The notes under the pieces were generated by a model, which saw only the letters and a program-made list of their open reading frames with translations, did not search any database and was not told the origin of the DNA. Source: Gammaproteobacteria bacterium (lineage in GTDB: Bacteria > Pseudomonadota > Gammaproteobacteria > GRL18). From it: DNA of 64,000 nt. Positions 18,942-28,272 of this stretch are shown one piece after another. Each line of letters starts with the position of its first letter. Position 1 is the first letter of the stretch. The stretch lies in the NCBI GenBank assembly GCA_015231865.1, contig JADGAU010000001.1, positions 44,559 through 108,558 on the forward strand. Direction: 5' to 3'. A program made the position numbers and the translations under genes.

Positions 18942-21356
18942 ATGATTTCTAATCAGGAACAGGCATTTAAATATTTTTACAAACAATTTCCTGATGGTGC
19001 CCTGCATATTTCTGCAGAAGGTATTATTTTAGGCTTAAATAACAAGGCAGAACAATTATTAGGCTGGCATGAAGAAGAAATAATAGGACAACTCATACAT
19101 GAAGAATTGTGTCCTGATGATAGTGAATCAGGACATCAGGAATCAAGATGTGCCTTTGGGAAAGACTCTTTGTCTAAGTTTATTAATAGTCCCCAAGATT
19201 CATTACCAAATAAATTTGATCAATTGTGGGTTAAAAAAAACGGTGTTTACCTTCATCTGGAAACTCAATTATTTATTACTTACTATAAGCCCAAAGAACC
19301 TATTTGTTTTATAACTTTTAAAGATATTTCTAATTTACGCTTTAGTCCTGATGAAACCCAGCGCTTATCTTTATTTCCTGAACTCAATCCCTCTCCTGTT
19401 TTACAATTAGATGAACAGGCTGTGATACACTATGCCAATGCCAGCATGACCGACATGATGGTCAAATATGGTTTCTCTGATAATGGCTTTCCCAATATTC
19501 TTCCAGATAATCTCTCTTCAATTACGCAAAAATGTTATGACCGGGAAAACTTTATCAATATAGAAAAAAAATTTGGTAATCGATATTTTAGTTGGAATTT
19601 TCATTCTATTAAAGAAGATCATAAGCGATTAATACAAGTCTATGGCTTGGATATAACAGAAAGAAAATTATACGAATCCAGCCTCAAGGAACTGGTTAAA
19701 TTACATGAAGTACATAGCCAGCAAAAAAGTGACTTTCTATCAAATATGAGCCATGAACTAAGATCACCAATGAGTGGTATTCTGGGTATGGTAAATTTAT
19801 TACTGGATACTGATTTATCAGATTCACAATTTGATTACCTTGATAAAATTCAAAAATCATCTGATACAATGTTAATACTAATTAATGACATTTTAGATTT
19901 ATCAAAAATAGAAGCAGGCAAACTTGAAATTAATCTGGAAAAATTTGATTTAATTGATGCCATGTATGACATCGTTAACCTTCTGGAATTTCAGGCAAAT
20001 CAAAAATCAATTAATCTCGAATTACGTATTTCACCAGCAATTCCAAACACCTTAATTGGTGACTCTCTTAGAATTCGTCAGATTATTCATAATTTCTTAA
20101 CCAATGCCATTAAATTCACCCCCAGTCATGGATATGTTTGCCTTGATGTCGAATTTGATAAACAAATACTCAACAATGAAGTTAATCTTACTTTTGTTGT
20201 CGACGACTCTGGTATTGGTATTGATGAAGAAAATCAGCAGTATGTATTTGGAAAGTACCAGCAAGCTGAAAGCTCAATTGTAAAAAATTATGGCGGAACC
20301 GGTTTAGGGCTAGCCATAAGTAAAGAACTTGCAGAATTAATGTCTGCAGAAATTGGATTAACGAGTATCAAAGGTGAGGGTTCATCTTTTTGGCTTAAAA
20401 TTACCCTGCCTATTGACATCCATGAAGAAATTATAGATGCCTACTATAATAAAGAAACTAACTTTTTTAAAAAATCCACTGCCCTAGAAAAGAAAAACTG
20501 TCTGATTATTGGCGGCTTAACTACCACGGCAACGATACTCAATGAGCAACTTAAGTATTGGGATGCTGAAACATATACGATAGAAGAACCGGAAACAGCA
20601 TTACAATATTTACAGTCAAACAATATCCCCGACTATGACTTTGTTTTTCTATTGGATATTGATGATCAGGATTTAATCTATCAAATTTCAAATGCTTCTG
20701 AGAAATTATCTATTAATTGTGATCAGTATACAAATACTAGATGGATCTCAATTACTCAATACCCGGAGAAAAAATTTATTGCTTATTTACAAGAACTTGG
20801 TTTTGATGCACTGGTTAAAAAGCCAATTCATCCAATGAAGTTTAAAAATTTATTACTAGAATGCCTAAAACATATACCAGGCAGTCAACGTGAAGAAATT
20901 AAATCAATTGCCCGAATTGAAAAACATTTAAATGTTAATAAACTGAATGAAGAGCAATTTGAGTTTAATATTTTGCTTGCTGAAGATAATCTCGTTAACC
21001 AAAAAATTAGTAAAATCTTACTGGAAAAGCTTGGCTGCAAGGTTTCACTGGCAATTAATGGTGCAGAAGCAGTTAAACAATACCTGGATGCAAATAATAA
21101 TCCATTTGATGCAATATTTATGGATTGCCATATGCCAATACTTGATGGTTTTGAAGCGTCACAAGAAATAAGAATGCTTGAAAAAACACATAAATTGAAT
21201 GAAATAAGTATTGTTGCTTTAACAGCAAATACTGCTGAAGATGAAATGAAAAATACACAAGCGGCTGGAATGAATGCCTTCTTATCAAAGCCTATCGATA
21301 AGGATAAGCTAATCAGCATACTTTCTGAAATAAGGAAACGAAAATCTTTTACTTAA
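18942..21356 (+). CDS. PAS-containing hybrid sensor histidine kinase with a degenerate and a canonical receiver domain
   Basis: H-box SNMSHELRSPM; G2 box GGTGLGLAIS. The middle REC-like segment has an atypical acidic pocket. Terminal REC: ILLAEDNLVNQ...FMDCHMPILDG...LSKP. Confidence 0.85.
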   Translation: MISNQEQAFKYFYKQFPDGALHISAEGIILGLNNKAEQLLGWHEEEIIGQLIHEELCPDDSESGHQESRCAFGKDSLSKFINSPQDSLPNKFDQLWVKKNGVYLHLETQLFITYYKPKEPICFITFKDISNLRFSPDETQRLSLFPELNPSPVLQLDEQAVIHYANASMTDMMVKYGFSDNGFPNILPDNLSSITQKCYDRENFINIEKKFGNRYFSWNFHSIKEDHKRLIQVYGLDITERKLYESSLKELVKLHEVHSQQKSDFLSNMSHELRSPMSGILGMVNLLLDTDLSDSQFDYLDKIQKSSDTMLILINDILDLSKIEAGKLEINLEKFDLIDAMYDIVNLLEFQANQKSINLELRISPAIPNTLIGDSLRIRQIIHNFLTNAIKFTPSHGYVCLDVEFDKQILNNEVNLTFVVDDSGIGIDEENQQYVFGKYQQAESSIVKNYGGTGLGLAISKELAELMSAEIGLTSIKGEGSSFWLKITLPIDIHEEIIDAYYNKETNFFKKSTALEKKNCLIIGGLTTTATILNEQLKYWDAETYTIEEPETALQYLQSNNIPDYDFVFLLDIDDQDLIYQISNASEKLSINCDQYTNTRWISITQYPEKKFIAYLQELGFDALVKKPIHPMKFKNLLLECLKHIPGSQREEIKSIARIEKHLNVNKLNEEQFEFNILLAEDNLVNQKISKILLEKLGCKVSLAINGAEAVKQYLDANNNPFDAIFMDCHMPILDGFEASQEIRMLEKTHKLNEISIVALTANTAEDEMKNTQAAGMNAFLSKPIDKDKLISILSEIRKRKSFT

Positions 21357-21886
21357 GAATCTAAGTATTGATCCTTTAACTCGACATAATGATCTGCAGA
21401 AATTTTTAACCAATTAAGCTCTTCATCAGTTAATTCCCTAATTGGTTTTGCAGGCCTTCCCATCCACAAATAGCCACTTTTAACTCTCTTATTTTGCGCC
21501 ACTAAACTTCCTGCTGCAATTAACACATTATCTTCAATGACTGCACCATCCAAGACACAAGAGCCCATACCTATCAAACATAAGTTACCTATCTTACAAC
21601 CATGTAAAATTACTTGATGGCCAATAGTGACTCTATCGCCCATTTTTAAAGGATAACCATTTTCCGGACTGCCAGGATATGGGCTAGTGACATGAAGCAC
21701 TGAATTATCCTGTATATTACTTTGCTCGCCAATACTAATATTATTGACATCACCACGTATCGTAACATTCGGCCAAATTGATGAATCTTTACCAATAATT
21801 ACTTGACCAATTACCTGGGCTGATGGATCGACAAAAGCAGAATGATCAACCTGTGGTTGATATTGTTTAAATTTTCTTAAAGTCAT
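21353..21886 (-). CDS. Gamma-carbonic-anhydrase-like hexapeptide-repeat protein (YrdA/PaaY family)
   Basis: Left-handed beta-helix repeats, 177 aa, HGC..G motif region. Confidence 0.8.
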   Translation of the reverse strand: MTLRKFKQYQPQVDHSAFVDPSAQVIGQVIIGKDSSIWPNVTIRGDVNNISIGEQSNIQDNSVLHVTSPYPGSPENGYPLKMGDRVTIGHQVILHGCKIGNLCLIGMGSCVLDGAVIEDNVLIAAGSLVAQNKRVKSGYLWMGRPAKPIRELTDEELNWLKISADHYVELKDQYLDS

Positions 21887-22016
21887 ATGGATATAATTTA
21901 TGGATAAGCAATATAAATAAACATTATATCAGACAAGAATTGAACACACTATTAGTAAAATAGCATGATTGCAGGTATAGACAGGAGAACAGGTAGGCTA
22001 ATTAAATACCCTTAAG

Positions 22017-22577
22017 CTATGCTTTAAGATCAATTCCCGATTTATCAATAACATCTTCTGGAATATTATTCGAAGTATTAACTGGTACTTCGCCAGAAGT
22101 TGGATAAGCCGAACTGGTAGAATTAGATTCATAACGGACATTAAAAGAGCTACCTTCTCTTGCTCTGGCTAATCGCTGATCTAGCTCATGTCGAGTTTCT
22201 ACCGGATCAGAATTTGAGTTCTCTTGTGGAGAATATTCGCTTGTATATTCATCATCTTCAGCATCATTTGACTCATCTTGTGGAGAATACTCGCTTGTAT
22301 ATTCAGCATCTTCTAATTCTTGTTGAAGTTTATCGTTATCACTTCTTAGTTCAGAATTTTCTCGGCTTATTTCTAAAATATCTTGCTGAAGTTCCTGCAC
22401 TTTAGACTCTGCTCGTGCCTTTTCATTACTTAAATCATTAACTTTTGCTTTTAAATTTTTTTCAGCAGAAGTTCTAACATTTGCTTCAATAGTTTGTCGT
22501 GAAAACCTCTCAGAAGCTTCCGCTAAAGTAGCAAAGCCCTGACTTTGAAACTGATTTAAACCATCGATTGCAGACAT
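22017..22577 (-). CDS. Acidic coiled-coil protein of unknown function with an internal tandem duplication
   Basis: Heptad-like region KVQELQQDILEISRENSELRSDNDKLQQELED, then EYTSEYSPQ twice at an 18-aa period. No family recognised. Confidence 0.5.
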   Translation of the reverse strand: MSAIDGLNQFQSQGFATLAEASERFSRQTIEANVRTSAEKNLKAKVNDLSNEKARAESKVQELQQDILEISRENSELRSDNDKLQQELEDAEYTSEYSPQDESNDAEDDEYTSEYSPQENSNSDPVETRHELDQRLARAREGSSFNVRYESNSTSSAYPTSGEVPVNTSNNIPEDVIDKSGIDLKA

Positions 22578-22726
22578 TAAACTAACTCACTATTATCTAA
22601 TTTAAGAATACAACTTTACTTATTACTTTTATATTAGCACAGTTTTTTAATTTTTTTGTGATTAAGTTCACATTTTTATGGTTTTAATTAAAGTTTTTTA
22701 TTTTTCGGCCGATATCGGTCGCTTAT

Positions 22727-23692
22727 TTATTTTTCATGACAATATTTTTCCAGCTTATCAAACATCGTTGCGCTAATATTTAAATTAAACTGACTATCAA
22801 GCTCTCTAATACATGTTGGGCTGGTTACATTTATTTCAGTAATATAATCACCTATCACATCTAAACCAACAAAAATTAAACCTTTAGCCTTTAAAGTTGG
22901 CTTGATTTGATCACAAATCCAATAATCTCTTTCATTTAACGCTATGCCTTGCCCCTGGCCGCCGGAAGCTAAATTACCTCTATTCTCTCCAACAGATGGT
23001 ATTCGAGCCAAAGCATAATCAATTGGATCACCATCAATTAATAAAATACGTTTATCTCCTTCTGTTATTTCTGGAATAAAACGTTGCATCATGACAAATG
23101 ATTGTTGATTATTGGTGACACTTTCTAAAATAACATTGGTATTAGGATCGCCTTGCTGAATTCTAAAAATTGAACGCCCACCCATTCCATCTAATGGTTT
23201 AATAATGACATCTTGATGTTGTTCAATAAAGGCTTGAAAATCTGAGAAGTCACGACTGACCACAGTTGGTACTATGCATTCCGGGAAATTAAGGGTAAAC
23301 ATTTTTTCATTCGCATCACGCAAACTTTGTGGTTTGTTGACAATAATAGGGTGATTAACTAATTTTTCTGCAAATTCCAAAATATAAGTTGCATAGATAT
23401 ACTGCATATCAAATGGTGGATCTTTGCGCATTAAAACAACATCTAGCGATGATAATTCAATTAAACTTTCTTCGCTGGTAAATTGATACCAGATATCTGG
23501 CTTATCATAAACTTTTACTTTTCTCACTCTAGCCATTGGAATTTCAGATTTCATAAATAAATCTTGAATTTCCATATAATAAATTGTGTAGCCTCGATTC
23601 TGAGCTTCTAACATCATCGCAAAGCTACTATCTTTGTAATATTTAATTTGAGAAATGGGATCCATAATAATCCCGATATCAAGTTTCTTCAT
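22727..23692 (-). CDS. gshB: Glutathione synthetase
   Basis: 321 aa ATP-grasp; MKLDIGIIMDPI N-terminus and rsmE-gshB synteny as in E. coli. Confidence 0.9.
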   Translation of the reverse strand: MKKLDIGIIMDPISQIKYYKDSSFAMMLEAQNRGYTIYYMEIQDLFMKSEIPMARVRKVKVYDKPDIWYQFTSEESLIELSSLDVVLMRKDPPFDMQYIYATYILEFAEKLVNHPIIVNKPQSLRDANEKMFTLNFPECIVPTVVSRDFSDFQAFIEQHQDVIIKPLDGMGGRSIFRIQQGDPNTNVILESVTNNQQSFVMMQRFIPEITEGDKRILLIDGDPIDYALARIPSVGENRGNLASGGQGQGIALNERDYWICDQIKPTLKAKGLIFVGLDVIGDYITEINVTSPTCIRELDSQFNLNISATMFDKLEKYCHEK

Positions 23693-23703
23693 AAACTTAC
23701 CAT

Positions 23704-24444
23704 TTATTTAAAATCACCCCAAAGGGATTGTAAAATACTGATAATAGCCAAACTGGCTGTTTCAGTTCTTAATATTCTTGGTCCTAGTTGTATATCAACA
23801 CTATTGTACTGGCTTAAAATATTTACTTCTGTTTCACTGATTCCTCCTTCCGGGCCAATAAAAATATTTATAGCTTTTGAAGGTAAAGAATCAATATCAG
23901 CTAATGTATTAGCTGCCCATGGGTTAAGTACGATGGTTAAATCCGAAGGTTCAAGTAGTTGGCAAGCGGATTGAAAATCAATAGGAGAATCAACCTTTAC
24001 CAGAGCATTTTGACCTGATTGTTCCATAGCGCTATATGCAATTTTTTGCCAATGCTGTAATTTCTTAGATAGACGCTTTTCATCATTAAGTTTAATATTC
24101 GTGTGTTCCATCCAAACGGGTTGAATCGATGAAACACCTAATTCAACAGACTTTTGAATAGTAAAATCCATTTTCTCAGCTTTTGATATCCCTTGATACA
24201 AACAGATTTTTAAAGGCGATCGTGTGTCTTGTATTACAAACTCACCAATTTCAAGCGTGATTGTTCTTTTTTCAACTGATTTTATTTGAGCAGAAAAATA
24301 GCCAAATGGTGAAATGCCATTAAACACATTCAGCCTATCACCTTGTTTTAAACGTAGCACATTTTTAAGATAGTGGCTTGAGTCACTATTTAGCAATAGC
24401 TCTATATTAGAACTTAATGGCCGGTCAATATATAATCTAATCAC
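23704..24444 (-). CDS. rsmE: 16S rRNA m3U1498 methyltransferase
   Basis: 246 aa; HYLKNVLRLKQGD N-domain; C-terminal FIGPEGGIS...LGPRILRTETA. Confidence 0.88.
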   Translation of the reverse strand: MIRLYIDRPLSSNIELLLNSDSSHYLKNVLRLKQGDRLNVFNGISPFGYFSAQIKSVEKRTITLEIGEFVIQDTRSPLKICLYQGISKAEKMDFTIQKSVELGVSSIQPVWMEHTNIKLNDEKRLSKKLQHWQKIAYSAMEQSGQNALVKVDSPIDFQSACQLLEPSDLTIVLNPWAANTLADIDSLPSKAINIFIGPEGGISETEVNILSQYNSVDIQLGPRILRTETASLAIISILQSLWGDFK

Positions 24445-24630
24445 TTAAACTCACTTTAAATATTCGTTAAAGGAATGCTCTTAAGACTATTTTCCTATTC
24501 GTACTGGCTAGAGCTAAAATCCATGTCATACAAATATAGGTATTTAAAAACATTTCAAAAATTAGCATAATACTAAACTATTAAAGATATAAACAAAATA
24601 TAAACATTTTAATAAATACTTATCTAACTA

Positions 24631-25626
24631 ATGGTAGTAAACATCATGACTAATGCATCACATAATACATCCATATTTGCTCTCTCCAAGAAAAGCAAAA
24701 AAATCTGTGTCATTGGCGGTTCTGGCTTTGTAGGTACAGCATTAATTAATAGGCTTAGTCGTGAAAAACATCAGGTCAAAGTATTTACCCGTAGAAAAGA
24801 AAGAGCTAAGCATTTGCGCATGCTACCCGGCGTAACAATCTGTAGTGTTGATTATTATGCTGCTAAAGTTCTAGAAAGACAGTTTGATGGCTATGATATT
24901 ATTATCAATCTTGCTGGTATATTAAACCCACAAGGTGCTATTAGCTTTAAACAAGTCCATCTGGTTCTGACTCAACGTCTTCTTGAGGCTGCCTCTGCTG
25001 TTGGTATTACCCGCTTTATTCATATGAGTGCTTTAAATGCCGGTGACAAGGCCAGTGATTATTTAATGAGTAAAGGTCACGGTCAGGAAGCGGTTCACAA
25101 AATTGCCAAAATGAAAGTAACCACTTTTTGTCCTTCAATTATTTATGGAAAAAATGATCAGTTCTTTAACCGGTTTGCTACTTTAATTCAGTTACCTGGC
25201 ATTATGCCATTAATAGGTGCTAAAGCCCGTTTTGCGCCAATCTATGTTGAAGATGTTGTGTCTGCAATCATTAATAGCTTAGGTAACCATGAAACCTATG
25301 GAAATAATTATGCCTTATGTGGACCTAAAGTTTATACCTTGCATGAATTAGTAAACTATACAGCAAAAATGCTTGAACAGCAGAAAACAATCTTCCCGAT
25401 GAATTGGTTATTATCAGGGTTATTTACTCGGCTTTTATCAATTTTACCCATAAAACCGATCACTGTTGATAACCTCAGAAGTATGAAACTTCCTAGCTTT
25501 AGTGAACATCCCATTGCCAAAGAGTTAGGGGTTACACCTGTATCAATTGAATCAGTCTTACCTTGGTACCTGGGCAGTAACGAAAAGAATTTACTAAATG
25601 ATCGTTATCGGGATATTGCTCAATAG
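24631..25626 (+). CDS. NAD(P)-binding SDR/epimerase-family protein (NDUFA9-like)
   Basis: Rossmann motif ICVIGGSGFVGTAL; about 330 aa. Confidence 0.7.
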   Translation: MVVNIMTNASHNTSIFALSKKSKKICVIGGSGFVGTALINRLSREKHQVKVFTRRKERAKHLRMLPGVTICSVDYYAAKVLERQFDGYDIIINLAGILNPQGAISFKQVHLVLTQRLLEAASAVGITRFIHMSALNAGDKASDYLMSKGHGQEAVHKIAKMKVTTFCPSIIYGKNDQFFNRFATLIQLPGIMPLIGAKARFAPIYVEDVVSAIINSLGNHETYGNNYALCGPKVYTLHELVNYTAKMLEQQKTIFPMNWLLSGLFTRLLSILPIKPITVDNLRSMKLPSFSEHPIAKELGVTPVSIESVLPWYLGSNEKNLLNDRYRDIAQ

Positions 25627-25650
25627 CAATGAATTAATAGACTGACAATT

Positions 25651-26898
25651 GTGAAAATCTATAAAGTAGGTGGTAGTGTCAGAGATAAACTGCTTGGAAT
25701 TGATGCCAAAGACCAGGATTTTGTTGTTGTTGGTGCCACCGTTGAAGAAATGCTTAAACAAGGCTTTAAACCAGTAGGGAAAGAATTTCCTGTTTTTTTA
25801 CATCCTCAAACTCATGAAGAATATGCGTTAGCTAGAACGGAAAAAAAAGTATCTCTTGGTTATCAGGGATTCACTTTTTTTTGTGAGCCGGAAGTCACTC
25901 TCGAGCAAGACTTATACCGACGAGATTTAACCATTAATGCTATTGCAGAAACTGATAATGGTAACATAATTGACCCTTATGGTGGTGAACAGGATTTAAA
26001 CAATCGCATACTTCGACATGTTTCTATTGCCTTTTCAGAAGATCCCGTTAGAGTTTTAAGAGTTGCACGCTTTGCGGCCAGATACCATCACTTAGGTTTT
26101 ACTATCGCTGATGAAACTATTGAACTTATGACAGCTATGGTTACTAGTGGTGAAGTTGATGCTTTAGTAATGGAAAGAGTTTGGAATGAAATAAGTCGTG
26201 CATTAACTGAACCAAACCCGCAAATATTCTTTGAAGTGCTTAAGCAATGTGGTGCACTAAATGTTCTCTTGCCTGAAGTTAATGCTTTATTTGGTGTACC
26301 CCAGTCTGAACAATGGCATCCTGAGATTGATACGGGTATCCATACCTTAATGGTGCTAAAGCAAGCCAGAAAGCTTGCTAATAACTTATCAAGTGATGAA
26401 CAAATTACTATTTGTTATGCTGCCCTTGTTCATGATCTTGGCAAAGCGCTAACACCAAAAGCTGAATGGCCAAGTCATAAAAAACATGAGTTTCGTGGTG
26501 TCAAACTGGTAGAAAATTTAAGCCAACGTCTAAAGGTATCTAAACTACAAAAAGAACTCGCCTTAGTCGTGACAGAGTACCACTTATACCTACATCGTAT
26601 TGATGAAATTAAAGCCTCAACCATGGTTAAATTTTTTAATTCTGTTGATGCATTTAGGCGACCTGAACGTTTTCAGCAGTTTTTGTTAGCCTGTGAAGCC
26701 GATTCACGTGGAAGACTCGGCTATGAGGATATAGAACCAATACAAATCAAACATTGCCAACACTACTTGCAGGCAGCTCAAGCGGTTAATGTCCAGGATG
26801 TTATTGTTCAAGGGTTTAAAGGTGCCGCAGTAAAAGAAGAGTTGGATCGTCAAAGAATTCATTCTGTAAAAGTCTTATGCAATCAATTGAGGGAATAA
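25651..26898 (+). CDS. cca: Multifunctional CCA-adding enzyme with HD domain
   Basis: GTG start; VGGSVRDKLLG, RRDLTINA, HD motif LVHDLGK; 415 aa. Confidence 0.9.
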   Translation: MKIYKVGGSVRDKLLGIDAKDQDFVVVGATVEEMLKQGFKPVGKEFPVFLHPQTHEEYALARTEKKVSLGYQGFTFFCEPEVTLEQDLYRRDLTINAIAETDNGNIIDPYGGEQDLNNRILRHVSIAFSEDPVRVLRVARFAARYHHLGFTIADETIELMTAMVTSGEVDALVMERVWNEISRALTEPNPQIFFEVLKQCGALNVLLPEVNALFGVPQSEQWHPEIDTGIHTLMVLKQARKLANNLSSDEQITICYAALVHDLGKALTPKAEWPSHKKHEFRGVKLVENLSQRLKVSKLQKELALVVTEYHLYLHRIDEIKASTMVKFFNSVDAFRRPERFQQFLLACEADSRGRLGYEDIEPIQIKHCQHYLQAAQAVNVQDVIVQGFKGAAVKEELDRQRIHSVKVLCNQLRE

Positions 26899-26907
26899 TC
26901 AAAATTA

Positions 26908-28203
26908 ATGATTAGCAAATTTCCATATTATCAAAACTGCCCCGTAGCAGAACAAATAGCAATTATTCTGCATCGAATTTACTCAATGAAATTAACAACA
27001 TCATCAGGTGGAAATATTTCTATTAAGGATGATGATGGAAGCATCTGGATTACACCTGCATCAATTGATAAAAGTAGTCTGACAAAGGATGATATTGTTT
27101 GTATCAAAGCAGATAATTCAATTATTGGTCAACATAAACCCTCATCTGAGCTGCCATTTCATCAAGCTATTTACAATAGTAGAACAGATATTTCTATTAT
27201 TTTACATGCACACCCTGATCCACTAGTTGCTTTCTCAGCAACAGGAACGACGCCTAAGCCTGAAATTATACTGGCTGCAAAAGAAACCTGCCAATCAATT
27301 GGATTCGTAAAATATGCTCTCCCAGGAAGCACTCAACTTGGACAGAATATTGCTGATACTTTTTCTAAAGGCTTTAATACCGTGCTTCTCGAAAATCATG
27401 GCGTCGTATCTATTGCCTGTAACATATACGATGTATTAGCTCAGTTTGAAACACTGATCAATGTAGCCCGTATTCAAATTAATGCAACAATATTAAATAA
27501 AAATTTTCCTATTAACACAGACTATGATAAAAGTTTTAAAAAAATACCTATTTTATCTGCTCTACAGAAACTAACATCTGATGTAACTGAACCTTTTGAC
27601 ATTGAAAATGCTCCTCTACTTTGCAACTATCTTAATAGAAGCTATATTCAAGGTTTGTTTACTTCAAGTTCAGGAACTATTGCTATAAGAACAAAAAATG
27701 GCTATTTAATTACACCTGAGAAGTTTGACCGTGGTAGCTGCTTTGAATCTGAATTAGTCAGCATTTATGACAACAAATATAGGCATGGAAAAGAACCATC
27801 GAAGTTAAGTGCAATTTTAATATCCATATTTGATTCTAACCCCGATATCAATGCGATATTTTTTGCCCAGCCGCCTACTTTAATGGGGTTTAATATTTCG
27901 CAAACAAATTTTGTCTCTCGAATTATTCCTGAAGCCTATATGTTTCTTCGTGATGTCACTTCCCTGGAGCCAGATAAATTACCATCTATTGCTAAATATA
28001 TATCTGCATCTACGCCCTTGGTTATGCTACAGAATTTAGGTGTCTTTGTAACTGGAAAAAACCTATTTCAGGCTTTTGATCGATTAGAACTAGCAGAATT
28101 TACAGCCAAAGCATTATTTAGTGCAATACAACTAGGAAGAGTTAATAGCATGAGCAAGGAACAAATCAATGAACTAATAAAAGCACTTGATCTACCGAAA
28201 TAA
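26908..28203 (+). CDS. Tandem class II aldolase/adducin-fold protein (active-looking N-half, degenerate C-half)
   Basis: N-half: SSGGNISIK, ILHAHPD, LLENHGV. C-half: SSSGTIAIR, but FFAQPP and LQNLGV replace the His positions. Confidence 0.7.
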   Translation: MISKFPYYQNCPVAEQIAIILHRIYSMKLTTSSGGNISIKDDDGSIWITPASIDKSSLTKDDIVCIKADNSIIGQHKPSSELPFHQAIYNSRTDISIILHAHPDPLVAFSATGTTPKPEIILAAKETCQSIGFVKYALPGSTQLGQNIADTFSKGFNTVLLENHGVVSIACNIYDVLAQFETLINVARIQINATILNKNFPINTDYDKSFKKIPILSALQKLTSDVTEPFDIENAPLLCNYLNRSYIQGLFTSSSGTIAIRTKNGYLITPEKFDRGSCFESELVSIYDNKYRHGKEPSKLSAILISIFDSNPDINAIFFAQPPTLMGFNISQTNFVSRIIPEAYMFLRDVTSLEPDKLPSIAKYISASTPLVMLQNLGVFVTGKNLFQAFDRLELAEFTAKALFSAIQLGRVNSMSKEQINELIKALDLPK

Positions 28204-28272
28204 CGAATATTTATTACGTTAAAACTTACTGATTACTAGTGTTTTATGATACCATGTTTTTTGCTGTAGGCT

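Noticed and set aside
20885-21319. 144-aa minus-strand ORF (also 19099..19314 and 20947..21171 on the plus strand)
   Set aside because: It lies within the hybrid kinase gene. Its product is low-complexity Ser/Ile/Phe-rich, whereas the kinase frame encodes canonical receiver motifs.
22706-22721. Palindrome CCGATATCGG just downstream of gshB as a terminator
   Set aside because: On the gshB (minus) strand it is followed by an A run rather than a U run and the stem is short. It may be incidental.
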